From: a virus
Lineage: Duplodnaviria > Caudoviricetes
Reading direction: 5' to 3' (one strand)
Virus record (IMG/VR): IMGVR_UViG_3300009514_000024
Coordinates: 1 to 63,892 of that record
DNA: 63,892 bases
Shown here: piece by piece, positions 26,302-36,317 of the stretch
How positions within the stretch are numbered: position 1 is the stretch's first letter
How the letters are laid out: every line of letters starts with the position of its first letter
Position numbers and translations under genes: made by a program
Notes under the pieces: model-generated
The model's input: the letters and a program-made list of their open reading frames with translations, nothing else
Told to the model about the DNA's origin: nothing
The model's database searches: none

Positions 26302-26568
26302 TTACTTTTTATAACGCCTGATACATTCTAAGAGAGAAACGCAAAGAATAATATTCACCCCGAAATTAGCCAAAAAGGGATAAGAAATCGAATCTTGGTA
26401 TAGGGTATAAATGAAAAATAAAATTTCTCCTGTCAACCACCATAAAATGAACAAGGTTGATAAACCTTCAACATTTTTCTTTCTTATAACTTCAACCAAT
26501 AACGGTAACCCGCAGGTGGCTAACAAAAAAGTAGCCAGCCATCCCACCAATTCAATTAAGAAGGCCAA
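26302..26568 (-). CDS. PQ-loop/SemiSWEET-like three-helix membrane protein
   Basis: LVGWLATFLLATCGLP...KKNVEGLS...WLTGEIL pattern; 88 aa. Confidence 0.7.
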   Translation of the reverse strand: MAFLIELVGWLATFLLATCGLPLLVEVIRKKNVEGLSTLFILWWLTGEILFFIYTLYQDSISYPFLANFGVNIILCVSLLECIRRYKK

Positions 26569-26777
26569 TGGTGCGTATCTTCCTCGATCTTATCAATAAA
26601 AGACAGAATCACATTAAGTACTTCAATCTGTGCGTTTTTAATGGTCAGCATATTCTTTCTCACTGGGGGAGAGAAAACCTTCCCTTCTGGGCCATGTGTT
26701 GGTATTGGTTTTTCTGAAATATTAGCTACAATTCTGTTTGTATAATTTTTAATTGCAGTTACACTATCGCTTTTCAT
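26556..26777 (-). CDS. Hypothetical protein
   Basis: AAGGAG ribosome-binding site. Confidence 0.55.
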   Translation of the reverse strand: MKSDSVTAIKNYTNRIVANISEKPIPTHGPEGKVFSPPVRKNMLTIKNAQIEVLNVILSFIDKIEEDTHHWPS

Positions 26778-26794
26778 TGTTTACTCCTTCATGA

Positions 26795-28168
26795 TTAATG
26801 TTCTTCAAATCTATTTAGTCTGGCAACAAAACCCCAATCACAAGGAGGTTGCAGGCTTTCATCTTTTCCATGTAATAACCACAGAACTTTTCCCCTTATA
26901 GGTCTAGTTGGTTCAGGTGCTTGGCCATCTGTAAAAATCACAATTCCATCCGATTTGTTTTCATTAGCATAATTAATAATACATTGAAAATTGGTTCCAC
27001 CTCGACCCAAGATTCCAAACTCTGTTTTAGCTTTATTGAACTTAGTTTCAACTAGTTTAATCTCAGTATCAAAAAGGATAAAAGTTATTTCTGCATGTTT
27101 ACAAGTGTTGTTAATAACGGCTAATCCTTCGGATAAATCTTCTTCGCTCATAGACATGGAAGAATCTATTGCAAATATAATTTTTGTATCAAACTCCCTT
27201 CTATATCCTGGAACTGCAAACTCATGTCTACGGTTCATCTTCATTCTTGACGGGTATGATTTTCTAGACATAACAGAACGAGCAAACCTGCGTACTACTT
27301 CTTTCCAACTTATCTTAGGAGTATTTGCAGAAAATATTTTCTCAATATAGTTCTTTGTCATGTTACCCCATAACTCAGATTGAGATTTTATTTTCCGTAT
27401 CATTTCTTTTATTTCAGCATCCATCATATCGTTTCCACCCCAATCTTTGTTACTAGTAGAATTGGGGTTGAAATAATCTTTCATAGCTTCATTTGAATTA
27501 TCAAATTTTTGAAATCCATCAGAATCATTATTACCATCTTGACTGTCTTTCTCAGAAGTTTCAGAACCACTATTAGATTCTTGTTCCTCAGAACCATTTT
27601 TCTCATTTTGCTCACCTTGTCGGTTTAATGCTTCTCGAATAGCCTGTTCTTTTTCTTCTTTAGACATAGAGTTCCAAATCTTGTTGATTTCTTCATTAGT
27701 TTCGTCTTGTTTTTCCATAAGTTTTCTGAAATAATTCTCAAAAAAACTGTCTATAGGTAAACCAAATTCTTCAGGTTTTGGATAAAAATCTTCCATACCT
27801 TCTATATTTAATAATGGCCCTAAAGACATCGGAGCAACCACCAACGAACTAGACAAAGAAGCTATGTTATAAGGCTTACACAATCTTGTAGTGGGATGTC
27901 TTAACAATACTTTAAAACACTCTTGCACCATCACACATTCTAATCTTTCTCTTGACAGAGAATTAATGAAGTATGGGTTAAACTTAATAACAGGTGGATT
28001 TGTTCGGCAATCTATTCCCAAGGTGTGTTGTTCCTTCATGGGGATCTTTTTAAACATAGTAAAAGCCTTTAAAAGTAAAGGTTCGTGTACAAACCAATCA
28101 AAAGTGATGGAGTCCATTTTTCTGATTGCTGTTTTGATGCTTTTATTTGTTTCTTCTGAAAATGCCAT
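26795..28168 (-). CDS. DUF2201-like metallopeptidase-fold plus vWA protein
   Basis: IDSSMSM, GRGGTNF, IFTDG; partner of adjacent AAA ATPase. Confidence 0.8.
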   Translation of the reverse strand: MAFSEETNKSIKTAIRKMDSITFDWFVHEPLLLKAFTMFKKIPMKEQHTLGIDCRTNPPVIKFNPYFINSLSRERLECVMVQECFKVLLRHPTTRLCKPYNIASLSSSLVVAPMSLGPLLNIEGMEDFYPKPEEFGLPIDSFFENYFRKLMEKQDETNEEINKIWNSMSKEEKEQAIREALNRQGEQNEKNGSEEQESNSGSETSEKDSQDGNNDSDGFQKFDNSNEAMKDYFNPNSTSNKDWGGNDMMDAEIKEMIRKIKSQSELWGNMTKNYIEKIFSANTPKISWKEVVRRFARSVMSRKSYPSRMKMNRRHEFAVPGYRREFDTKIIFAIDSSMSMSEEDLSEGLAVINNTCKHAEITFILFDTEIKLVETKFNKAKTEFGILGRGGTNFQCIINYANENKSDGIVIFTDGQAPEPTRPIRGKVLWLLHGKDESLQPPCDWGFVARLNRFEEH

Positions 28169-28216
28169 ATTGAATTTTAAAATTGGAAAAGCCCATGAAA
28201 AACACAGGCTATTCTT

Positions 28217-28489
28217 TTACAGTGCTTTTGCTATTGCGTTATCTTCAAATACTGTTTTATAGAAAGTTCTTGCAAGTTGAGGTTTGTGAATATCTCCGTT
28301 TGCTAATTTATTAACGGCCCTTTCGTACACTCTACTGGCAGTGACTTTTCTTAGCTTGGCAAGTTTTTTCTTACTAATGCCTTGTAAATAGATTCTTTTA
28401 CTTGGTTTAATTGTAAGTTGAAAAACCCACTTATGCCCTCTATCACGAACAGTATAATAAGGATAAACCCTTTCGGTTATTGTGTTCAT
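28217..28489 (-). CDS. Hypothetical protein
   Basis: ORF between ATPase and vWA genes. Confidence 0.5.
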   Translation of the reverse strand: MNTITERVYPYYTVRDRGHKWVFQLTIKPSKRIYLQGISKKKLAKLRKVTASRVYERAVNKLANGDIHKPQLARTFYKTVFEDNAIAKAL

Positions 28490-28547
28490 CTTTATCGCTC
28501 CATTTGAGGTTGTTTTATCAAAGTTTTTATACAGAACTTCAAAACTG

Positions 28548-29696
28548 TTAATCTATCTCATATTCATCTTCAAATTCATCTTCTTGATTATATGCCTTGA
28601 AGAATTTATCAGACAAAGAAGTATTGGTTCTAATTATAATATCACACCATTCTTTTCCTGCTTCTTTTTCATTTAACATCAAGTCTAAGAAATGAACCAT
28701 TTTTTCATCCCCAATGGTGTCCATATATTGAGACAAATTATGTGTATATTTATTAGCTACATCTGATGATGCCTTAAATTCTTCAAAGTGCATATCAAAC
28801 CACATTGTTATCTGTCTATTTAAATCTAAAATATTCTGCGGTTCGGTTTCTTTAATCTGTTTTTTAATTGTTTCGTTCCAATTAGAAATCACTGTACCAG
28901 GATTAATTCCTTTATGATTCTCTGATCTAAATCTCATAAACCTAGCAGAAGTGTTATGCCCTACCATTCCGATAAGATGGTTTGTAATTAAGTTTTCATC
29001 ACAATATTTAGCAAATTCTTTTGTTTCATATCTCTTTAAAACTTTACTTACCTTTTCCCAAGACCTTCTGTCTGGTTGTACATCGCTAATATTTGCTCCT
29101 TCTGAAATTTTAGTTTCAGGGTCTAATTGATCAGGATTTTTGGTAATGAATCCTATTACATCAAAATGAATTTTATTTGAAGTAGCCCAATCTAACCATT
29201 CATCATGGTCAGGTTGAAAATCATATTCATTAAATCTTGATTTCAAAGCGGGATCTAACTCTTCAACATCATAATATCCATCATCTGTAACGGGGTTCAT
29301 TGCTCCGATAATTCTGCAATTTGGTGGGAGACTTCTGCCGTTCAATTTTCTATTCAAAACCATATCCATAATACAGTTTTTCAGTTCTGGTTTTGCTCTG
29401 TTTATTTCATCAAGAAAGATAATAACATCTTCTTTCATATCAGTCGGCCACCAATCAGGCGGTGCAAAAACCATTTTTATTATTCCATCAATCATTTGCT
29501 TATCAGGTAGACCTATTAAGTCTCCTGAATCCACCATTTGACCAAGAAACTTAGTTACTACTCTGTATTTTTTCTTAGTAAAATGATTGGTAATTATTTC
29601 ACTCTTTCCTATTCCATGTATACCTTTTAACAAGATAGCTTGATCAGCAGGAGTTACTTCAATAATTTTTGTAATATCTTTGATATTCAATGCCAT
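28548..29696 (-). CDS. MoxR-like AAA+ ATPase
   Basis: GIHGIGKS, FLDEINRA, GAMNP, LDPALKSRF. Confidence 0.85.
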   Translation of the reverse strand: MALNIKDITKIIEVTPADQAILLKGIHGIGKSEIITNHFTKKKYRVVTKFLGQMVDSGDLIGLPDKQMIDGIIKMVFAPPDWWPTDMKEDVIIFLDEINRAKPELKNCIMDMVLNRKLNGRSLPPNCRIIGAMNPVTDDGYYDVEELDPALKSRFNEYDFQPDHDEWLDWATSNKIHFDVIGFITKNPDQLDPETKISEGANISDVQPDRRSWEKVSKVLKRYETKEFAKYCDENLITNHLIGMVGHNTSARFMRFRSENHKGINPGTVISNWNETIKKQIKETEPQNILDLNRQITMWFDMHFEEFKASSDVANKYTHNLSQYMDTIGDEKMVHFLDLMLNEKEAGKEWCDIIIRTNTSLSDKFFKAYNQEDEFEDEYEID

Positions 29697-29744
29697 AATA
29701 GCCTTTTCAATTGTTGTTATTTATAACATATATTCTTAAACAAA

Positions 29745-30026
29745 TTAACCTTCTAAATTTTTGGACTTTTCTATTAATTCATCAAGCAGTTGTTCACCTT
29801 TCACGAATGCTTCAGACTTATCAGACATACCCCCCTCTGATATATTGGGCGGGGTCTGCGAATCTCTTTCGTCTTTATAAAGAGCATCCAACATACTAGG
29901 TATCCACTCAGAAAACGCTTTAAAAGTAAACACTTGAGTTTTATTAATAGAGTCTATTCCTTTGATTATATTGAACAGCAGAATTACCAGTAACACTAGT
30001 AACCCAATTATTATATTTAATTCCAT
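29745..30026 (-). CDS. Hypothetical membrane protein
   Basis: N-terminal hydrophobic helix. Confidence 0.5.
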   Translation of the reverse strand: MELNIIIGLLVLLVILLFNIIKGIDSINKTQVFTFKAFSEWIPSMLDALYKDERDSQTPPNISEGGMSDKSEAFVKGEQLLDELIEKSKNLEG

Positions 30027-30606
30027 TTTTTTTCCTTTTTAATTGTTTAATATCGCCCAAGTTTTTGATTTTGATTATATCATCGTGTTGATCAATAATC
30101 GTTCTATTATATTTAGTATATTTACTATATATTGCATAAGTATCTATACCCATTTCGTGTGCTTTAAGTAAATCATTTGCGTTATCATCAATCCAAACAT
30201 CTAATTTTAATTCAATGAAACGACTCTGTTTAGCATTTGGTTCATGTTCTACGAAATAAATACCTTCAAAAAAACCTTCTCCGAAGTCTCTGTTAAGACA
30301 TTCTATGGTAGCCACAACCACACTAGGCAATCTGGCGGTTATAATATACAGTTCATAACCTTTTGATTTCCAGTATAATAACTTTTCTTTAGAATTAGGG
30401 TTCAGTTGCAAACCACCCATATATTTAGGATCACCAAATAATTGGAACACCAGATATGTAAAATAAGAAGGATATAGGTTATTCTTATTGTCATAATCCC
30501 AATATTTGACATCTTCAGATTTAAAATTTAGACCCAACATTTTACTTGCATGTTCTATTACATCCAAATGATATAATGTTTGGTCTAAATCAATTCCTAT
30601 TTTCAT
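29944..30606 (-). CDS. HAD-family 5'(3')-deoxyribonucleotidase-like protein
   Basis: IGIDLDQTL, IITAR, WIDDN. Confidence 0.8.
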   Translation of the reverse strand: MKIGIDLDQTLYHLDVIEHASKMLGLNFKSEDVKYWDYDNKNNLYPSYFTYLVFQLFGDPKYMGGLQLNPNSKEKLLYWKSKGYELYIITARLPSVVVATIECLNRDFGEGFFEGIYFVEHEPNAKQSRFIELKLDVWIDDNANDLLKAHEMGIDTYAIYSKYTKYNRTIIDQHDDIIKIKNLGDIKQLKRKKNGIKYNNWVTSVTGNSAVQYNQRNRLY

Positions 30607-30824
30607 ATTTCTAATTCTGGTTCATCTAATATCTTTAAAGATTTTCTATTATAAGGTTCCAGTTGAGCCTTTCTGGTGAAACTATTTTTACGATTTTTGT
30701 TTTTCTTGTTTCTACCTAAAACACGATTCAGGTCTTTCTTAGAGGTTCTTTCTTCTTTCACTGTGATTCTCCATTGTTTCAGATGGCAATATGCCATGTA
30801 TCTTTTTACGGAAAAGAGAATCAT
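30603..30824 (-). CDS. Small basic hypothetical protein (start probably internal GTG)
   Basis: Fills gap; N-terminus overlaps the transglycosylase gene. Confidence 0.4.
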   Translation of the reverse strand: MILFSVKRYMAYCHLKQWRITVKEERTSKKDLNRVLGRNKKNKNRKNSFTRKAQLEPYNRKSLKILDEPELEI

Positions 30825-31521
30825 TTTTTAGAATTGTGTATACATAGTCTTTAGTTTCAGAAGCTAAACGATCAGCATGAATGTTTTCTAATGAATCTAG
30901 AGAAACGCCTTGTTCCCTTTTCCAATGTAATGCCCACCGATAGGCTTGTTTTCCTCCACCATTATAATAGGCGAAAGTTTTTCCCCAATCCCCAATCATT
31001 TTGTATAACCAATCTAGATACCAACCTGTCATTCTGATATTGATGATAGGATCAAATAGGGTATTCTTACCACAAGTCATGTTCCATTCTCTACAGATCC
31101 AAGCCATTGTTTCGGGCATGATTTGGCCCATACCCTTGGCTCCAACCCTACTAACAGCTTTAGGATTAAATTTGGATTCTTTAAATATAACGGAAGTCAA
31201 CTTTGAAGGTTCAATTCCATACCTATCTGCTACACTGATTATTTCTTCAGCATATCGAAAAGACTCTTCGGAAGAAATGTATATATCTGGAATTGAATCA
31301 ATAATTCTCTGGACACCTTTAATCATTAACCCGTTTTTTTGCATTCTGAGTTTAATTTCGGTTATCTGATTAAGAATCTCCTGATTCATATATTGTTGTT
31401 GGATATTGGCTTTTTCGTGGCGGGTATCTAAAACACCTTGTTTATAAGCCATATAGGGGGTGGCTAGAATTAACAACCAAATCGTCCAATTCTTTTTAAT
31501 GGAATCATATAATAGTTTCAT
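30739..31521 (-). CDS. Lytic transglycosylase (SLT domain) with N-terminal anchor
   Basis: KESKFNPKAVSRVGAKGMGQIMPET, LFDPIINI, AYYNGG. Confidence 0.9.
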   Translation of the reverse strand: MKLLYDSIKKNWTIWLLILATPYMAYKQGVLDTRHEKANIQQQYMNQEILNQITEIKLRMQKNGLMIKGVQRIIDSIPDIYISSEESFRYAEEIISVADRYGIEPSKLTSVIFKESKFNPKAVSRVGAKGMGQIMPETMAWICREWNMTCGKNTLFDPIINIRMTGWYLDWLYKMIGDWGKTFAYYNGGGKQAYRWALHWKREQGVSLDSLENIHADRLASETKDYVYTILKNDSLFRKKIHGILPSETMENHSERRKNL

Positions 31522-31555
31522 TCTTTATAACTTATATTCTTTGGGTTTGAAATTT

Positions 31556-32218
31556 TCATTTTTTTGGACTTTTTTTAGGGGAAATAAAACTCATCCATTC
31601 TTTATTAAGAACTTTTTCTAAAGTTTTAAATCTGTGTATAATACTCTGCTCTATTGTTTCTGCCTGATCAGGTGTAATGGGTTTTCTTCTAAGAGAAATA
31701 GTTCTATTCTTTCCATTTTCATCTTTTACTGTGACTTTACCGTTTGCATCTAGAGGTTTACTGTCTTTGAGGTTATTGCATCGAAAACAAGCGGTTACAA
31801 TGTTGTCCCACTTAGTTTTACCCCCAAGCATTTTAGGCTTAACATGGTCTACTGTGAATTTGTTAGATGACATTTTTTTTCCACAGTATTGGCATTTGCC
31901 TTTATCTCGCTTCCAGACATTTAACTTGGTGTAACAATCGCCCAAGGATTGTTTCTTGGTAATGTTGACAAAATATTTCATTCGGATAACAGATGGATAA
32001 CTAAATCTTTGGCCATTATGATAGAACTCAGAGTTTGGAATCTCTTTCACCATTTCTGCCTTTTCCTTATAGATAAGGTTAAATGCCTTTTTCATTTTCA
32101 AGACATTCAATGGTAGATCGTGTTGGTTCAATAATAATACTTGTTTACTCATACATTTGCCGATATGTTCAACGAAATGTGTTGATTTTGCCCGAAAGAA
32201 AGCGAAGTTATAAAACAT
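31556..32218 (-). CDS. HNH endonuclease
   Basis: RDKGKCQYCG, TVDHVKP, WDNIVTACFRCN; likely start MSKQVLLLN. Confidence 0.85.
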   Translation of the reverse strand: MFYNFAFFRAKSTHFVEHIGKCMSKQVLLLNQHDLPLNVLKMKKAFNLIYKEKAEMVKEIPNSEFYHNGQRFSYPSVIRMKYFVNITKKQSLGDCYTKLNVWKRDKGKCQYCGKKMSSNKFTVDHVKPKMLGGKTKWDNIVTACFRCNNLKDSKPLDANGKVTVKDENGKNRTISLRRKPITPDQAETIEQSIIHRFKTLEKVLNKEWMSFISPKKSPKK

Positions 32219-32349
32219 CCATTCTGATACACTATGTTAGTTATTTTTTCTAAACAGTGTAATGGGTTCTTGCCTTTCGTTATCTGATTTATTTGTTCAG
32301 TTAATACTTTTTGTTTTTCTTCTGTTATATCTCTAAACGATAAGTCCAT
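32149..32349 (-). CDS. Hypothetical protein
   Basis: Operonic overlap on both sides. Confidence 0.45.
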   Translation of the reverse strand: MDLSFRDITEEKQKVLTEQINQITKGKNPLHCLEKITNIVYQNGCFITSLSFGQNQHISLNISANV

Positions 32350-32971
32350 GATTTTCCTTTAATTTTATTTCATCCTGTTGCATTTCTGCTTTAATTGTTT
32401 CGGATGCGTGTTTCAATTCTTCTAGAGTTCCGTTATTATCCACTATGAATGTGAATTGGTCGTAATCATCCAAAGAAGTTTCGGATGGGTGATTAATCAA
32501 ATCTGAATCTCTCACTACACCCCTTTCAATTCTTATTGAAATACATTCAAATTCTGTTTCATTTAAAAGTAATTCAATTTCATTGGGGAATCGAACATCT
32601 GTTGCAATGGTGATTTCTTCATTGCTCTCTTTAACTCTGTTGATAAACTGCTTGACCCAGTAATTATCATCCACTCTATTTCTAAATATTTCAGTACCAT
32701 AAGTCTGAAGCAAAATCCTTGTGATTTCGTTTTTATTTTCATAAAAATTTTCATCAATAGTAAACAATTCTGGAATGTTATGTTTCTTGGATATCGTATT
32801 CAAGTATTCGATTAATCTTTTATAATCTTGTTTGGAGTTATCTTTAAGAGCCTTGGCAAATAAATCCTGCCTTACTGATATTCCATCTGCGGTGAGGGTT
32901 TCTTTGAGATAATCTGCAAATTGATTTTTACCACTTCTGAGTTTCCCAGAAACCAATATGACTTTTTTCAT
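32333..32971 (-). CDS. Deoxynucleoside monophosphate kinase
   Basis: SGKLRSGKN, RILLQTYGTE, TDVRFPNE, HPSE. Confidence 0.85.
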   Translation of the reverse strand: MKKVILVSGKLRSGKNQFADYLKETLTADGISVRQDLFAKALKDNSKQDYKRLIEYLNTISKKHNIPELFTIDENFYENKNEITRILLQTYGTEIFRNRVDDNYWVKQFINRVKESNEEITIATDVRFPNEIELLLNETEFECISIRIERGVVRDSDLINHPSETSLDDYDQFTFIVDNNGTLEELKHASETIKAEMQQDEIKLKENHGLIV

Positions 32972-32997
32972 TATATAAACTCCTGTTCAATTTCAAT

Positions 32998-33561
32998 TTA
33001 TTCTTCGTCTGCTTCCTTGTGAATTTCATTAATGACTTTTTCCATGTCCATTTGTTTTCCATCATAATGAAAAAAATTATCTGTTCTATTTGTGTAAATG
33101 ATAATGGCTCTGCCACAAGTGACACAATAAGTGTCCTTTTTTGGAATATCTTCTTCTTCTTTGAAAGAATAAAACATTCCACAATTTGGACAGTCAATCA
33201 TCAAAATCTGTTCATCTAAAATTTTGGCACTATTATCTGGATGATTTTCATCTTTATCTGGCTTATATATAAACTTTTTTAATTTTGACTTTAGTTCTGC
33301 TCTGGTTATGTTTCCTATTCTGGTTCCATCCATCAGAACATCATTGAGTCTATCTGAACTTAATAACAACTCCATATCTTCAATCGGAATTCCAAATGAA
33401 GCTGAAGCAACATTATAGGCTTCAATAAAACCTAAAAGAAAATCTTTATTTTTAACCACAATAGGTATCCAATAAGGTTTTCCATTTTCATCTAAAGGGG
33501 TATTGAAATATTTTTTATTATTAACCATTTTGATTTTATTATGATGTTTTTTATTATCCAT
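32998..33561 (-). CDS. Hypothetical protein with C-terminal zinc ribbon
   Basis: CPNC...CVTC; late promoter at 33582. Confidence 0.6.
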   Translation of the reverse strand: MDNKKHHNKIKMVNNKKYFNTPLDENGKPYWIPIVVKNKDFLLGFIEAYNVASASFGIPIEDMELLLSSDRLNDVLMDGTRIGNITRAELKSKLKKFIYKPDKDENHPDNSAKILDEQILMIDCPNCGMFYSFKEEEDIPKKDTYCVTCGRAIIIYTNRTDNFFHYDGKQMDMEKVINEIHKEADEE

Positions 33562-33597
33562 AAAAATCCTCCATTTGAAAATATTTATATTCTCAAA

Positions 33598-33981
33598 TTA
33601 ATCTCTATATATGGACACAATCGAATTAACCTGTTCTTCTGTAAGTATTCTTAAATGGTGCTCAACATCATTACTACCACATTCAAAGTATCTTGAAATT
33701 TTATCTTTAACACTATCATCCCATTCTTTTTTGGAACCAATGTATTTGAAAAAATGTTTCCTTTTAGGAAGAACGGCTTTATAAAAGTTGTAATGAACGT
33801 CCTTTGGAAGTTCGTAATGGTTGACTTCATTCACTAACTGGACATATGATTCTTCCATAGAAATAAAGCGATTAATCATATAATTATTATACGATTTAGT
33901 CTGTTCATCATTGTTAATATCAAAATCTTTTTTTTCAGATGTGAGGTTGTTTAGGTGATCAAATAATTTCAATTTTGCCAT
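33598..33981 (-). CDS. gp62: Clamp loader small subunit (T4 gp62-like)
   Basis: LFDHLN...YNNYMINRFIS...LPKRKHFFKY. Confidence 0.8.
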   Translation of the reverse strand: MAKLKLFDHLNNLTSEKKDFDINNDEQTKSYNNYMINRFISMEESYVQLVNEVNHYELPKDVHYNFYKAVLPKRKHFFKYIGSKKEWDDSVKDKISRYFECGSNDVEHHLRILTEEQVNSIVSIYRD

Positions 33982-33990
33982 TTCAATTCC

Positions 33991-34374
33991 TTATTGTTGT
34001 TGCAAAAATTCTATAAATCTCTCCAACATTTTATCTTGTTTACCTGTCAGTATTTCTATTTTCTTTTCAAACTTTTCTTCTAATTTTGCGAGTTCTGTTT
34101 TCAAATCTTCTAAATCTTTTTTATCATAAGATTCCGCATTTTCCAACTGGTTTAATTTGGTTTTCATATCTGCCATCTTATTAGCAATATCTTCCCATTT
34201 TTGTTCCAATTTTTTTTTAAATTCAGATAAAGGCACTTCCCATTCTTTTATTAAATCGGGTTGAAAGTCAGGAGTAGCAGGTTTTTTGAATACTTTAATA
34301 ATCCCCCACACAAAAGTAAGTACCATTATGATTCCACCAAATAAAGCGGTTACCGTTGACCATTCCATTATCAT
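33991..34374 (-). CDS. Single-TM coiled-coil protein, holin/antiholin candidate
   Basis: N-terminal TM helix plus coiled coil, in the endolysin operon. Confidence 0.45.
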   Translation of the reverse strand: MIMEWSTVTALFGGIIMVLTFVWGIIKVFKKPATPDFQPDLIKEWEVPLSEFKKKLEQKWEDIANKMADMKTKLNQLENAESYDKKDLEDLKTELAKLEEKFEKKIEILTGKQDKMLERFIEFLQQQ

Positions 34375-34763
34375 ATTCCAGTTTTAAGATTATTAAACGC
34401 TTCAATTAGTTGTTTTCTTTTGTTTATATTCGTCAAGGTTCCAACAAAACTGTTATTTTTGAAAGATGATTGTGCCAGTACCCAAATGACTTTGTGATCC
34501 TCTTTTCTTACAATTCTAAATTCCATACAAAAATCTTTTTTTTCTTTAATTGCTTTTTTCCACTCATATACGACTTTCGCCATATCTTGGAGGTGTATAG
34601 ATTCTTCCCAACCATATTCTTGGATGTCTTTTAAGTTTCTTCCAACTATCTTCTGATATTTTTCATTAATGTATAACATACTACCATTCATATCCATGCT
34701 AAACAACCCGACAGGGGATGAGTCGCACATGGTTTCGTAAAACGATTTTTCTACTTCTGTCAT
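34371..34763 (-). CDS. Stand-alone PAS domain protein
   Basis: SPVGLFSMDMNGSMLYINEKY...GWEESIHLQD...EFRIV...IWV. Confidence 0.8.
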   Translation of the reverse strand: MTEVEKSFYETMCDSSPVGLFSMDMNGSMLYINEKYQKIVGRNLKDIQEYGWEESIHLQDMAKVVYEWKKAIKEKKDFCMEFRIVRKEDHKVIWVLAQSSFKNNSFVGTLTNINKRKQLIEAFNNLKTGI

Positions 34764-34770
34764 AACAAAC

Positions 34771-35280
34771 CTACGGGTCTATCCATTTAATTTTATCTGA
34801 AATAGGTCTGCAATCAATATGAACCCATGTGGGTGTTTTATTTTCTATACATGTGATATATTGAAATGCGGGGTGATTCGGGTTTGCTCTTATAATATTT
34901 CTCACTGTACTCGCAGAATGATTTTTAAACTTCAAATCCATTGCTCTACCTAAACGATGTTGAGAATAAGTTGTCCCTACCGTTGTATGTTTGGGTCTAA
35001 AACCAGAATATTTGTAATTCGTAGCTTCGTCTTTATTCCACAACCAATCGTTTATTGTAATCGGCCCTAGTAATTCCCGCATTTGGTCAATAGTCCACAA
35101 AAGTTTAGGTTCCAAAAGTTCAATCGCTTTATTTCCCCTATCTCTGTATGTTTTGGGATCTACCAGTTCTTGTATTTTAAAATTAACAGGGACATACACA
35201 TCTAGAACGGTATTTACCTGTATTTTCTTGATTTTTTCCAATTTCCCTATAACATTGTCTATTTCTTCTTCCAACTTCAC
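34771..35280 (-). CDS. Peptidase M15-family endolysin
   Basis: SGFR, SQHRLGRAMD, WVHID. Confidence 0.8.
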   Translation of the reverse strand: MKLEEEIDNVIGKLEKIKKIQVNTVLDVYVPVNFKIQELVDPKTYRDRGNKAIELLEPKLLWTIDQMRELLGPITINDWLWNKDEATNYKYSGFRPKHTTVGTTYSQHRLGRAMDLKFKNHSASTVRNIIRANPNHPAFQYITCIENKTPTWVHIDCRPISDKIKWIDP

Positions 35281-35314
35281 GAAAACCTCTAATTAAATCA
35301 TACATATATTTATA

Positions 35315-36016
35315 TTATTTAAAGGTTTCCAAAGTTACAGGGAAAGTCAACCCCGCACCCTTCCATTTGGCTAAAAACTTTTCTTTTCCTTCATGCCAAC
35401 TAAGAGGAAGTTGCCCTTCTGATTCGTGTTTAACTGTCACATCTATAATACCAATATCATATCCAAGTTTTATCATTTCAAAACAAGAATCTACATCATA
35501 AAAATGATAGTCAGAATAAGTTTCAGCATCAAAGCGGTATGTTTTAGCAATACTACCCCGCATAAACATAATACACCCATCAACAGCGACTACACCTTTA
35601 TTGTCCATCCCACCTTTTTCCTCCATTGTGTATTCTCTGCCTTGTGGATGTCCTTGTATAATTCTTCCTCTAGTTTTTACGGTTCGGTCACAAAGCCACC
35701 AACCACCCCTTTCGGAGTATTCAGTTGTTCCAATAACACCTGCTAGTCCGACAGTAGGTTTATATTTAAAATAAATTTCTATTTTGGGTTCAAAATTTGG
35801 ATCTCTGATAGACATATCATCATGTAAAAACACAACTACATCATCTTCTTCTATAACCATCCTATCTAGGGCATTGTTGTATTTTTGAAAAATACTTTTA
35901 TCCCCACCTTCTTCTATATAAATGCCGTTTTCTTTGGCTATAAGATTTTCAAAAGTAGGCTGAAGTATTTTTTTATAAGTAGTTAAATCTTTACAGGCTA
36001 TTACATAATGAATCAT
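35315..36016 (-). CDS. GT2-like glycosyltransferase
   Basis: SIFQKYN, FLHDD, VDG, HFYDVD, VKHES. Confidence 0.75.
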   Translation of the reverse strand: MIHYVIACKDLTTYKKILQPTFENLIAKENGIYIEEGGDKSIFQKYNNALDRMVIEEDDVVVFLHDDMSIRDPNFEPKIEIYFKYKPTVGLAGVIGTTEYSERGGWWLCDRTVKTRGRIIQGHPQGREYTMEEKGGMDNKGVVAVDGCIMFMRGSIAKTYRFDAETYSDYHFYDVDSCFEMIKLGYDIGIIDVTVKHESEGQLPLSWHEGKEKFLAKWKGAGLTFPVTLETFK

Positions 36017-36315
36017 GGTCTATTTTCTCTGGTGTATTTAAAGGCTAATAATTGTTGTATTTGGAACTGAAACAATGCTCCGCCTTTATCCCAAACAACC
36101 GTATCATTGATATAATACCTAGTGTGGGGCATACCTTCTAAACCATCAGAAATAAAAAAATCTTCATCTTGAGAACAGTCCACCTTAAACCACTGACTAG
36201 TATCAGTGTTTTCCAGATTATCAAAATAGTTTTTACACATCTGACATTCTGGTTTAAAGTAGACATATATCCCGTTTTTGGGTTGCTTATATTCTTCTAC
36301 GGTCAATTCTTTCAT
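36013..36315 (-). CDS. Thioredoxin-like protein
   Basis: CQMC motif and cis-Pro region GMP. Confidence 0.65.
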   Translation of the reverse strand: MKELTVEEYKQPKNGIYVYFKPECQMCKNYFDNLENTDTSQWFKVDCSQDEDFFISDGLEGMPHTRYYINDTVVWDKGGALFQFQIQQLLAFKYTRENRP

Positions 36316-36317
36316 GG

